Origin: Raillietiella orientalis
Lineage: Eukaryota
Reading direction: 5' to 3'
Length of the DNA: 36,384 nt
Assembly: GCA_036172245.1 (NCBI GenBank)
Contig: JAYWIR010000088.1
Span: 248,001 to 284,384 of the forward strand
The notes under the pieces were generated by a model that saw only the letters and a list, made by a program, of their open reading frames with translations, was not told the origin of the DNA and did no database searches. Shown here piece by piece: positions 1 to 10,636 of the stretch. Position 1 is the first letter of the stretch; each line of letters starts with the position of its first letter. The translations under genes were made by a program, and so were the position numbers.

Positions 1-110
1 TGCAGACGTGTTTCCGCGTCTATCCGCGCCAACGATCGGGCAACTTTGTGCCTGCGGTTTTGCTCGCACTTGTGTGTTCCTGTGCAATCTGCCAAGTAGC
101 ATAGTGCAAC

Positions 111-1210
111 ATGGCCAGTACACAGGATAGTGTGAAGGAGCAAGCCACTGGATGCACTTCAGCTGCACTTGAAGTGGCCGCATCCTCCGTAATGGTTTCC
201 TCGCCCCCGGTGCGGAGTTACGCCGCCGTTACCTCCCAAAGACCAGGACCCTGCGATGCGGAGTTCCAGGCATATGTGTCATCAGGATACATGCCTGCAC
301 TCCGTTATAAGGTCAGTGGGCCACTTAACGAGAGAATCGGTCGTGAGCTCAATGATGAGCTCGTCCGGATAGGCGTTCGCGAGGAGGAACTCCTTGCCAT
401 AATGCCTGCTGGCAGGATGGAATATACAAAGATTCGGTGCAAGAACGCAGCACTTGTGCAGCGCCTTCTCCGTACGCCGTTGACCATCAATGGCAAGGAA
501 GTCCTACCTACCGCGATGGACGACTCTTCTGTCGTTCAATTGTGCGAAATCGAACCGGAAATCTCCGACCGCGATGTCGTAACTGTGCTGGCGAAGTTCG
601 CCACCGTGCACGCTCTGTGGAGAAGGCCAAATCCTATAAAGGATTTCCCCTCTGTCCACATTGGACAAGCCTCCGCGCGGATCGCCGTCGCGAACAGGCG
701 TGTTGTGCCTGAGCAGCTGCAGGTGAACGGCACGGTCGTTCACCTGTGGTTCATAGGCCAGACTCGCACGTGCGAGCGGTGCGGCAAGGATGGGCACCGA
801 ATTAAAGAGTGCCCCTCTCCAAGATGCCGCTATTGCAGAGATTCCGGGCACGAAATCAAAAAGTGCCCGGTACTTGCAAGAAAAAGAGCCGCAGCGGAAA
901 TTCGTCGGGTTCAAGAGACCACTGCACGAAGAGCCGCAGCGGCAAATAAAAAACGTCCGCAAAAACTCACAAAAAACCACGAGCGATCCGTGGATGGAAA
1001 GAAACCATCCCCGCCCGCAACGCCCCGAAAGGGGGAAGACACGGCGGGGAAGCCAATTAAAAAGCGGCGCGAGGGTTTAACGCGTGCCGTGCCCTCCTTC
1101 CCTGCCGAACTCGCAGGCACCTTTTCGAGCCAGGAACAAGGAAATCTCCGTAACACCCTGGAGGGAAAGGTAGGAAAACAGGAAGATCGCAACAATGCGA
1201 AGACTTCTTG
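111..1210 (+). pseudogene. ORF1 (gag-like nucleic-acid-binding protein) of A, C-terminally truncated
   Basis: Two CX2CX4HX4C knuckles (CERCGKDGHRIKEC, CRYCRDSGHEIKKC). The ORF 111..1502 runs on into ORF2-derived DNA after about 1210. Confidence 0.88.
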
Positions 1211-1212
1211 CC

Positions 1213-2079
1213 CCGTTCCGTTGTGCCTGGTTGCAGGAAACAGTTCGAACGTGGGGACAGTTCGGCATGCAACGCTCTTAACAGGAACGAAGGTTCCTGT
1301 CTGGGGGTTACAGAAGTTGCACGCTCCGCGAGATCCTGGAGGATCCAAAGAAGAGAGCGTGGGCAGGAAGAACCCCCCTCGCTGCTGCGCTGCCCTCCCT
1401 GAAGGAAGATCTGGACAGCGATGTTGCGGCGAAGTGGGAGGTTTCAGTTACAATCTCCGGAAAGGAGAAGATAGGAGAGTGGAAGACGGGGCAGCTAACT
1501 GATGCTGGGTCCCCGAGTACGCCTCCCAATGGACTTCTGCGCTGGGGCGCGCTGCTCGATGTTCCCATTGAACATCTGAAGTGGCCTCCGGTGCTCATGA
1601 ACACTTCCGCCCTCCCCTTAAAATGGCAGGAGTCGGCTCTCCTGTTGCAGCACTGGGGACTCCCCTGCAACGCCCGCCGACACCACTGGACCTGGAGAGC
1701 GGTGGACTCCAATTGCGTCAGGTGTGGGGAACGTGAGTCCCTCCCCCACCTGCTAGTGGATTGTGTTGCCCTTCGGCCCCTTTGGTTTCGCCTTGCCGCG
1801 GCCATCGGAATCCCCTGCGGCAACCCCAGGGACGCACTGAAAGCCCTCTTGGTTGCCGACGCCCTTCGGCCAGCGGCCTCGTTAGCAGTTTTGTGCTGCC
1901 TACCCGGGATCGTCACCGCTTGGAGCAAGGCTACGGGAGGAAAACGCGACCAGGGTGCCATCCAGTCAGCCTCCCAGTTCCTGAGGAGCGCGTCCCGATG
2001 GCCCCACCTAGATCCAGGAATACAGAAGGAGCTTGCCGGGATCCTGCAAAGGATGCAACGGCCCCACCAGCAACTGTGA
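1213..2079 (+). pseudogene. ORF2 C-terminal fragment of A with Cys/His finger
   Basis: LPLKWQESALLLQHWGLPCN...CVRCGERESLPHLLVDC. Closely matches the reverse complement of 10853-11715. Confidence 0.88.
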
Positions 2080-2295
2080 TTTCTTCCCTTACCCTCCCAA
2101 CTTTTCTTTTCTTTTTTGTTGTGTTTTCTGTTTTTCCCCTTCCCCCTGCTGCCGTGGTGGATCGTACCGGTCTGCGAACCGGTGACCCGGCGGGCTCTGT
2201 GTTTGATCGTGCGTGGCTGGAGCAATGGTCCAGCCACTGCACGTCTTTGTAAATGTTTATTTTACAATAAACGCCCCGGCGAAATCCGTGTGAAA
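2080..2295 (+). promoter_or_regulatory. Structured 3' UTR of A: pyrimidine tract, stem-loops, palindromic poly(A) signal, terminal hairpin
   Basis: Stems at 2149-2193 and 2208-2243, gtttatt/aataaac at 2255-2272, terminal ccccggc-gaaa-tccgtgtgaaa. Homologous blocks occur at five other 3' ends. Confidence 0.75.
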
Positions 2296-4013
2296 ATCGA
2301 ATGCTTTGCGGAAGTCGACAGCGACGGCGAAGGCTCCCGCCGATTCCGCCCCACCCTCTACCGGGTCTCTCTGGTCAGAGAGGTGCTCAAGGCTCTCTTG
2401 ACCGTCCTGTGCAACGCGCTGTTGCAACTGCCACCATGTGCTGGCGAGGAGCACGTTGGCTTCCATGGTTCGCCAGGGAACAGCGTATGTTTGCTCCGGG
2501 CTGATCACGGAATCCGCCACCGGTCCTAAACGCTCAGCCCACAATTTGGCATACAACTTTGCGTCCGCATTCACCACTGTCATGGGGCGCCAGTTGCTAA
2601 TGTTGCGTAAGTCTCCTGACTTCGGCAGGAGACGTACTTTTGCTGATCGGAACGAGGCGGGAACTTGGCCGTGTTCGTGGATCAGCGTACTTAGCCTGAG
2701 CACCAGAGGGGCCAGCTCTGTCGCGAAGTGCTTGTAAAACTCCGCGGGCAGGCCGTCCTCCCCTGGTGCGTTTCTTGTCTTTAATTTACTGATGGCGGAG
2801 ACAATCTCTGCCACCGTAAATGGTTCCGACAACCTGGAACATACTTCCTCCCCGATCGCGGGAGCCCCATCCGGCAGCAACCGCTGCGCGAATTGGCACT
2901 CGGGTGTTAATGGCGCGTACAAGGAGGAATAAAACTCCCGCACGATGCGGCTTACCTGGGCTGGGCTGGAGCGTTCTTGACCCTGATGGTCCAGCAATCA
3001 GGCCGAGCCTGACTGCCAGGCCTGCCTCTCCGCCTCAGCTTTGAATTCCGCCAGGCGACGAACGTCCGGACGTCCGGAATACCGGCGGGCCTGAAGGTAG
3101 GCTCGCTCGTTCCTGACACCTTCTTCGATGCCCGGAGGAAGACGCTCCAGGGGAAACTGTTCGCAAAACTCGCTGACTGAGCACTTCATTTCGTCCCAGT
3201 CCGCGAGCGTCTGAAGATGTAATTCTCGCAGGAAGGCGCGTAGATGTTCCGCCGCTCCTGCGAGGCGCAACCAGTCCCCTGGCAGGCGCCACGTTTTCAG
3301 GGGAGGGCCTTTATTTCGCGGATGTAACTCCAGCACGAGCCGTGGATGTTCGGACAGCTCTGCCGGGAGCGTTCCACGAGTTCCCACCCGCGTGCACAGG
3401 TGGTTGTCGAGGAACATGTGATCGAGGTTCCGATCTCTCCCGGGATCACCGGCCAACAAGTTGCGCGCATTCATTTCTGCGCACAACTCGTTGACCAGCT
3501 GTCCTCGCCTGTGGGGCGCACCTGCTAGCAGGCGGAGATTGAAATCGCCCGCAATGAGGTGCGCCCTCCGTACGCCTGCTTCAGCCAGGCAGTCTCGCCG
3601 CAGGGATTCGAGGAACGCAGTGCGTTCCTCGGCCCCGTGGTTGCTCACTGGCGCGTATATGTTCGTCACAACGAGGTCGATCGATTCGGACCACTTGAGA
3701 ACAAGCTGTCCAACTCGACCGTCCCCGTCGAAGCGAACGCTACGCAGAGAGTTTTCGACTGCCGGCTTCAGCAGAAAGCCACTCCGCAGGAGTAGTCTGT
3801 TCCGTTCGTCCACAGTAGCCGCCCTCCTGTGATTCTTTCGAAATCCTGGCCTGCTTCTGTTGTGAGCACGTGAGTCTCTTGCAGTAGGGCCAGGTCGAAG
3901 TCTCGCAGAATGGCGGCTACGTCTCGCCTCTTCCCGTCGCTGCTCAACCCGTTGACGTTCCAACAGGTTATTCGCAAGCGGCTAGAGGAGGCGAGTCCAC
4001 GCAATGGTGTTGT
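2296..4013 (-). pseudogene. ORF2 of B: APE endonuclease plus RT N-terminal part (frameshift near 3780, stop at 3000-2998)
   Basis: Motifs WNVNG, LLQETH, NIYAP, GDFN, LDH, SEH, then APGEDG, LLPKSGD, WRPMTVVNADAKL, DFRKAFD. Confidence 0.92.
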
Positions 4014-5752
4014 TATGGTGAAGTGGAAGAAACCGCCTCCTGTTCAGAAGACGGGTGGTCCGGGTCCATGTCGTTGGAGTGTTCAGGAGCATCGCTCACT
4101 CCGTCGGCCGTGGACTGTGTTAACAGTTGGTAAAGGATGCTCTCAGGCACGGAGTCGCATTGTGCAACGCACATGGACTCTTCCTCGCTGTCAGATGCCA
4201 TTTCGACCTCTTCCTGAGAGGTGACAGCACGCCTACGAGCACCTGTTGCATTTTTATATTTTCTTTTCGGCAAGCCAACGGAGGGCGAGTTCCCGCTTTC
4301 GGCGTCAGACTCGGAGGTTTCCGGGTCTTTTGCCGTAGCCGGACGTCGAACGGCCTTCTTCTCGGCCTTGACGGGCTGCCTCAGGAAGGCAGCCAACTCT
4401 TCCGCGGCTTGCGCGAAGTTTGCATCAGAGATGCGTTCCACGTCATCACGGATTTCGTCGCCTGTTGGCGAGTCGGGTGACGTAACAACCGATTCGATAG
4501 CGGCAACTGGCGCGCTATCGTTCGGAACCGCAGCGGCTGAGCTTTCGCTCGCCACTACAACGCTTCCAGTGGACTGGACTGGAACAATAGATTCGATCGC
4601 GGCAACGTGTGCCGCGCTTTCGATCGCGACCGTAGCGATTTCGCCGTACGAAGCCGGAACCGCTTTATCGATCGACCCCGCGGGTGCGGTATCGATCGAT
4701 GGTTTGCTTGTGGAAGCCTTCGCGCGAACGCGATCGATGTGCAGGGTGGAACGGCGGACGGTTTTTGCCACCATTTTCACCGTTTTCTTGGGGACCTTAC
4801 CTTTCCCTTTGCTCTCCTTTTTCACCAACTGCCAACTGTTTTCGGCGACAGTTTCGCCTTCCTCCGGTTTTTGTTCCACTGGCGTCGATATCTCGCCTGT
4901 CTGGGAGGTTTCACTCGATTGGGGATCCTGTTTTTCCGGATCCTGTGGCGACTCTGTTCTCTTGTTGCCAACAGGAGTGGAAGCAAAACGAAGAGGGCAC
5001 ACGTTTCTTACGTGGCCCTTGTTACCGCAGCGTAGACACACGATGTTGGGGCACCTCCGTTTAAGGTGCCCTGTAGTCTCGCAGTTTCCGCAAAATTTGG
5101 GTTTCCCTATGTACCACAGATCGATGTATTCTTCATCGACCTGAAGTCGGTGGGGTAAATTACTATCTTCGCGGACTGTCACACGCGTGGCGGCATAGCC
5201 ACTGAACGCCCTAGTATAGCCCAGGGTGTTCGGCTTAGCCCACAGAGCGTGGACGGTCCCGTACTTTTCCAGTTCCTGCCTAACGGCATTTTTCGCCATT
5301 CGCATCGTCAACCCGGTCAGGTGGATGACGATCGATTTGTCGGCAGTAAACGGGAAGATCCTTCTCCCGTTCACGGTCACCGGGCATCTCAGCAACTGCT
5401 GAGTCATTCTTGCAGTTCTGCAGTTCAGCTCGACTAGCTGACCGCCACTGCGAATGGAAAGGCCGAGAACTTCTTTCGGCACTTTCAGTTTTTTAAATTC
5501 CGCGGCAAACGTTCTCAACATCGCGGGAGAATAAAGCCCACCTACCTTATACAGTAGGGCCGGGTAGTATCCGTGGGACTCATAGGCCCGCTGTTCCTCG
5601 CATGGTGGCGGCGCGGGAGCCGCCACCACCGCACTGCCAGCCCTCGCCGGGGCGGGGGACGAATCTGTAGGGGAGATGGCCCCCACATCCATGGGCTGAG
5701 GGGACGAGGCACGCCCGTAAACCTTTTCCGCACTGGCGGTGTCCTCAGGCAT
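4013..5752 (-). CDS. ORF1 of B, open reading frame intact
   Basis: The first ATG (MPEDTA) matches paralog starts. Knuckles CGNCETTGHLKRRC and CLRCGNKGHVRNVC, low-complexity acidic C-terminus, TAA at 4015-4013. Confidence 0.88.
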   Translation of the reverse strand: MPEDTASAEKVYGRASSPQPMDVGAISPTDSSPAPARAGSAVVAAPAPPPCEEQRAYESHGYYPALLYKVGGLYSPAMLRTFAAEFKKLKVPKEVLGLSIRSGGQLVELNCRTARMTQQLLRCPVTVNGRRIFPFTADKSIVIHLTGLTMRMAKNAVRQELEKYGTVHALWAKPNTLGYTRAFSGYAATRVTVREDSNLPHRLQVDEEYIDLWYIGKPKFCGNCETTGHLKRRCPNIVCLRCGNKGHVRNVCPLRFASTPVGNKRTESPQDPEKQDPQSSETSQTGEISTPVEQKPEEGETVAENSWQLVKKESKGKGKVPKKTVKMVAKTVRRSTLHIDRVRAKASTSKPSIDTAPAGSIDKAVPASYGEIATVAIESAAHVAAIESIVPVQSTGSVVVASESSAAAVPNDSAPVAAIESVVTSPDSPTGDEIRDDVERISDANFAQAAEELAAFLRQPVKAEKKAVRRPATAKDPETSESDAESGNSPSVGLPKRKYKNATGARRRAVTSQEEVEMASDSEEESMCVAQCDSVPESILYQLLTQSTADGVSDAPEHSNDMDPDHPSSEQEAVSSTSP

Positions 5753-5847
5753 TTCTGCCTTGAAAACACCGCCCAAACACCACACAACCTACAAAATCGC
5801 GCTCAAATGCAGGAGCAGCAAAAAAAACACGTCTGCCGTCACTGCGG

Positions 5848-6630
5848 TTTTCACCCGGATATGCCGGGGCATTTATTTCGAAAAATAAAAATACATTAAT
5901 TTTTCCAGTGGAGAACCCGAAGGCGCACCATGCCAAAACAGCTTGCTGGTTGCCGGCGCTAGGCCGGAGAGGTCCTTCCCATGCGCGGGGATGGGAAATA
6001 AAGAAAAACAAAGAAACAAAAAGTTCAAATGTTCAAATGCGAACGCCTCGAGTGCAACAATGATGTCGCGGTCCGTGATTCTCGGTCGAATGACCGAGTG
6101 CTGGACCACGAAAGATTGGTCCTGGACCCAGGGGATGGCCTCCTTACCCCTTATTTTCAGGGGGGTTCGCAGTAGGCGCTGGACGAGGGCTGCATCCTTG
6201 CAGTGCACCTCCCAATGGCCTACCGCCTTTACTGGCATAAGCGCTAGGAGATCGTCCTTTCGGACCCCAACGCGTTCCAGCTCGCTCCAGAGCTGGTGGC
6301 TCGTCCCATCCCGGTACGCAGCACTGACCTTGTAGGCCATTGGGGCGTTGTAGCCACTCACGGCGTACGCCCGCAGCTCTGCCTTGTCGGGTGGGGCTCA
6401 GTGAGCCGCCGCTGCCTTAGCAACGGCGGCAAAACTTCTCGATGGAGGCGAGGGACTATCGGTGGAGGCTTCCACTCCTCCCGAAGATCCTGCGACGCAG
6501 CGGGATTCCTCCACCTCCATTTCTGCGGACACTGGCTTCATTTTCAAATAAAAAATCGCACCACACCCAAAACGAACAGCCGCAAAGATGCATTAAAGAC
6601 GGAGCGCAAGAATGCACGTCCGAAAAATGA
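5848..6630 (-). mobile_element. Element C: about 780 bp non-autonomous deletion derivative with both termini
   Basis: 5' end tcatttttcggacgtg. ORF1 N-terminal remnant at 6541 to about 6040 (GYNAPMAYKV...VQRLLRTPL) joins directly to a T-rich 3' UTR, AATAAA and terminal hairpin cccgg-catat-ccgggtgaaaa. Confidence 0.85.
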
Positions 6631-6922
6631 AGGGGGTCGGCTGTACTGGCAATGCGGCCTCCGCAACACCTGCGCGGTCGCGTTCTTCGTCAAGCCAGCC
6701 ATCGTCACTGCCGTGAAGGGTGCACTCTTTGAGGACGACAGTCGGGTCGACCAGCTGATTGTCAGGTGGTCCGACTCGATCGATCTGATCGTCACAAACG
6801 TGTATGCCTCCAGCGGCAGACAGGGCTACAGCTAACGAACCAGGTTGCTGGAAACCCTGAAACGCGACTAGCTACGGAAATCAGCGTGCGAAAGGCTCAC
6901 CTGATAGCGGAAGATTTCAATC
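6631..6922 (+). pseudogene. Fragment D: isolated endonuclease-domain segment
   Basis: GGRLYWQCGLRNTCAVAFFVKP...NVYAS...HLIAEDFN, homologous to 26262-26555 and 34860-35150. Confidence 0.88.
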
Positions 6923-6999
6923 GAGTGCGGACGTGTTTTCCTTCGCTCTCGCCTCCGTGCTTTCATCCGCTTCATCTTGGCGTCGTACATTTTGACGAC

Positions 7000-8921
7000 G
7001 ATATCGACCCAACCCGAAGCAACTAAAGTTGGAGGAACAGCATCCGGATCTGAATCGCGGAACCGACGGCCGCCCCCACTACGTCTTTCTCGCGAATGGA
7101 GAGGAGTTTTGCTGACGTTGCTGCCACAGCAGCCGTCAAAGGGAAACCACTCGACGAGTCGGAGTTGCGGGCATAAGTAGCCCAAGGCTATAGACCTGCT
7201 CTCCGATATAAGGTGAGTGGTTTTCTTTCTGCGCTCGACGGGAATCAGTTCAACGATGAACTGACCCGTGTTGGCGTGCGGGAGGAGGACCTCCTCGCCA
7301 TTATGCCCGTAAAGGATATGGGCTATTTCAAGGTGCGTTGCAAAGACGCTGCACTTGTGCAGAGCTTGCTGCGCACCCCGTTGTCGATCCGTGGCCAGAA
7401 GGTCTTCCCGGCCGCCATGGACGACTCATTTGTGGCGGAGATTTTCGACATCGAGTCGGAAATCTCCGATATTGATATTCGGAACGCGTTGGCGAAATTC
7501 GCCACGGTCCATGCGCTGTGGAGGGTGCGTAGCAACCTCAAGGACTTCCCGTCCATACACAGCGGAGTCGCTGGAGTCCGGCTTAAAATGCCGGACCGCC
7601 GTCTGCTGCCCACCAAACTACAGGTGAAAGACACGGTCGTTCACCTGTGGTTCGTGGGCAAAGTAAGAACGCGCGAGCAATGCGGAAAGGAGGGGCATTG
7701 TTTGGATAAATGCCCCTCTGGAAAATGCCGTTATTGCAAACTATCGGGACACCAATTGAAAAATTGCCCGGATCTTTTGCGAAAAAAGGCAGCCGCGAAG
7801 CTCCATTTTAAAAAACAAAGCGCGGATAAAAAGAAAAAATCAGGGAAAAACCTGGAGACCTCACGGCAGAAATTCCGAAAAAACGCGAGGCGGAATGTCG
7901 CCCCAAAGCAGCAGCAAACCTCGCAAGCGAAGCCCTGAGCGCCCTCTCTCTTGGCAGGGGAGCCGCAAAAGAAAGGGTGCGGGGAATCTGGGGCAATAAT
8001 AAGTCCCCCTAGGCGCAATAGCTGTCTTTCCCAAGCCCGCTCGGCTCTCTCGGAGTTCGAGCAGCCGGCGGGGACGCCAATGGACAACGGCGGTAAGGAC
8101 ACTTCCAGTACCGTCAGATCCATTCCTTCACCTCCTGCAGTGGCTGAGAAGCCCAAATCGGGTAAGAAGGGTTGTGCCGTGTCGACTTCGAAAGTCGACA
8201 AAAAAAATCCGCGTCGCGATCCAACACCGCGAAAGCGGAGAAAAATCTCACGCCGTCGCAGTCGGAGAGCAAGCTCTGGACTGGCGCGGATGCCATGCCA
8301 ACGGAGGGATTAAAAGCCCTTCCGAAAGCAGCGTCCATGACGAGCGTGTCGGAGTCATCGAAAGTGCTCCCGTCCAAAGACGCGGATGGCTTCAAAGATG
8401 GCAATGGAGCACAATCTCCATTTACGGCGCCACGCAAAGTGAGGAACCGTAATGAAGTAAAGAAGACTTCAGCAAAGGTCCCTCGGGCAACTGCGCGTGA
8501 GCACGCTGAAAACGCGCGCGCAGGGAAAGCAGCCGTCACCAAAAGCGATGCTCTGGAGACGGAAAAAGACAACAGGACAGCTGTCAATCCAGCAGAACCT
8601 GTCACTGCTTCGCGGAAGGCCGAAACCCGATCGAACATGCGCCGGTCGGACTCCGAAATGGATGCCGTTCCGATCACCGAGACGAGGACAACTCGTTCGA
8701 AAGCGTGTGCGCGCCTATCAAAAGTAGGCAGCGAGGCAACGCTCGCCGCGAAGCAGCGCGAAGTCTCCACGAAACCCGACGGGGTTAAGCCTGGCGTGGA
8801 GGAATTGCATGCATGCAGCACGACGGAGGACGGTGGCAACCGTCATCTCCAGCCAATCGTGCTGCTCGCCGTCTGCTCGCCGGATAAAGCGAGCAAAAAG
8901 CCGCCACCTTCCCAGCAGTAA
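7000..8921 (+). pseudogene. ORF1 of E1 (disrupted; start approximate)
   Basis: ORF 7213..7938 is clearly similar to ORF1 of A. Knuckle CRYCKLSGHQLKNC. Internal stops and frameshifts. Confidence 0.82.
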
Positions 8922-10636
8922 TGCGGGGAATCGCGTCTTCTCGTCGTCTGTCCGTAACGTGTTGGAACGTGAACGGACTACAGAACGACGAGAAGGGGCG
9001 ATTAGTAGCCAACGCCCTGCGCCCCTTCGACCTCGCGCTCCTGCAGGAGATTCACGTAATCTCCGACGTGAAGGCAGCCGAAATCGAGGAGCGCGCAGGG
9101 GAAACGCTACATTGGCGGTGCGGCGGCGCACACACGTGCGGCGTCGCGTTCATCGTAAGATGAAAAATGGCGGAAGCGGTGCGTAGTGTTCGTTTCGATG
9201 ACGACGAACGGATAGGCCAGCATGTCATCAAGTGGTCCGAGTCTATCGATCTCATCGTTACGAACGTCTACGCGCCGTGTGGCTCTCGCTACCTCGAAGA
9301 AAGAGTAGCTTTCTTTGGTGAGGTGCAGAGCCACTGGCTCAACAACTCCGGCTTCCAAGTGGCGCACCTCGTCGCTGGGGACTTCAACGTCCGCCTGCTG
9401 TCCGACGATTGGAGCCGCCCGAGGGAGCGCGCGCTGCCCATCGAGATGTGCGCGTCCGTGCACGCCGCCAACTTGATGGTCAGCGAACCTGGAATGGAAA
9501 GATCTCTCGATCACGTTTTCCTCGATGGAAACCTGCATTCGCGTGTGGGTAGCAGAGGAAGATTGTTGACTAGGCTTTCCGACCACCACAGGTTGGAGTT
9601 TGGGATCCTTCCGCCAGGCAGGGGGCCTCCGTTGCAAAACTGGAGGATACAGGTGGATTGGCATAGCCAACCGGAGGCTGCGGAGCATCTACGTGGATAC
9701 CTCCGAGGCTTTGCCATTCAAGAACTTGCGGACTGGGACGATCTGAAAAGATCTGTCCGCGAGTTCTGCTGCCAATTCCCCTTGCACCGGCTTCCACGCG
9801 GTTTCGGAGAGGGCGTGGCCAACAGCAGAGACTTTCTGCAGGCCCGCACGTTTTCGAGACGCGCGGATGTCGGGCGTCTCGCGGAGTACAAGGCGAGAGC
9901 CGAGCGCCAGGTCTGGCAGTCCGGAGCAGCATTCCTGTTCGACGACAAGGACCAGGAATGTTCGGCCCCAGCCGAAGTACGCCGCATTGTGAGACTCTAC
10001 TACTCCTCGCTTTACGCGGAATCCCCGACGGAGGATATTCTCTCTGAGATACTCCTGTCTCAGGATGCTGGTGTTGTCGGCGAGGAGGAACGCGAACGTC
10101 TGAACGAGCCCTTCACGGCGGATGAATTTTAGTCCGCCATCGCTGGGCTGAAGAGACGAAAGGCGCCAGGCGAGGATGGGCTCCCTGCAGAGTTTGATCA
10201 GTGCTTTGCAGTGGAGCTCATTCCCTTGATGCTGAGACTCGCGACGCTGATGAGTGAATCCGGGAATGTCCCGGATTCCTTCCGCTCAGCGAAGGTGCGT
10301 CTCCTGCCGAAAGGCGGAGACTTGCGTCAACTTAACAACTGGCGTCTGATCACCTTGGTGAACTCGGACATCAAGTTGATTTCCAAGCTGTGGGTCGCGC
10401 GGTTAGAAAGTATCGCGGAATCTGTGGTGAGCCTGGAACAAACCTACGCGGCTCCGGGACGATCCATGGAGGCGAACATCCTTTTCGCGCGTACATGTAT
10501 GCAGCTGCAGGAAGTTGTTGCGCAGCAAAGACAGGCTGCTGCGAAAGTCACTGCCGCATGCAAGAACAGGCGCCGACGGCAGGAGGGAACGCCAGGTGCC
10601 TTGGCGCTCGCGGTCGATCTCCACAAGGCGTTCGAT
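8921..10636 (+). pseudogene. ORF2 of E1, endonuclease plus RT N-terminal part (in-frame stops at 9161 and 10130)
   Basis: Motifs WNVNG, LLQEIH, NVYAP, GDFN, SLDH, SDH, LLPKGGD, DLHKAFD. Confidence 0.92.
10622..10635 (+). repeat. Target-site duplication of E2, left copy (cacaaggcgttcga)
   Basis: Identical 14-mer at 22116-22129. The other paralogous KAFD sites in the window differ at 2 or more positions. Confidence 0.85.

Larger units (their letters stand above)
2..2295 (+). mobile_element. Element A: internally deleted or chimeric L1/Tx1-like non-LTR retrotransposon retaining both termini
   Basis: 5' motif gcagacgtgttt at 2-13. ORF1 part runs to about 1210, then jumps to the ORF2 C-terminus. 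T-rich 3' UTR, AATAAA at 2266-2271, terminal hairpin. Confidence 0.9.
2296..5836 (-). mobile_element. Element B: 5' part of an L1/Tx1-like element, cut at the RT KAFD motif
   Basis: 5' motif gcagacgtgtttt at 5836-5824. ORF1, endonuclease and RT N-terminus end at AVDFRKAFD. Confidence 0.92.
6923..10635 (+). mobile_element. Element E1, 5' half (interrupted by E2 at KAFD)
   Basis: 5' motif gcggacgtgtttt near 6927. ORF1, TAATG overlap, endonuclease and RT run to AVDLHKAFD. Confidence 0.9.

Noticed and set aside
5837..5848. C/B spacer cgtcactgcggt matching 6703-6714 (11/12) as a TSD
   Set aside because: The match lies about 70 nt from C's 5' junction and is short enough to occur by chance.
5941..5953. 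C 3' UTR 12-mer identical to the E3 3' junction (ggcaaccagcaa) as a guide RNA
   Set aside because: It is a single short match in a family not seen at that target, and the other 3' UTRs show no target complementarity.
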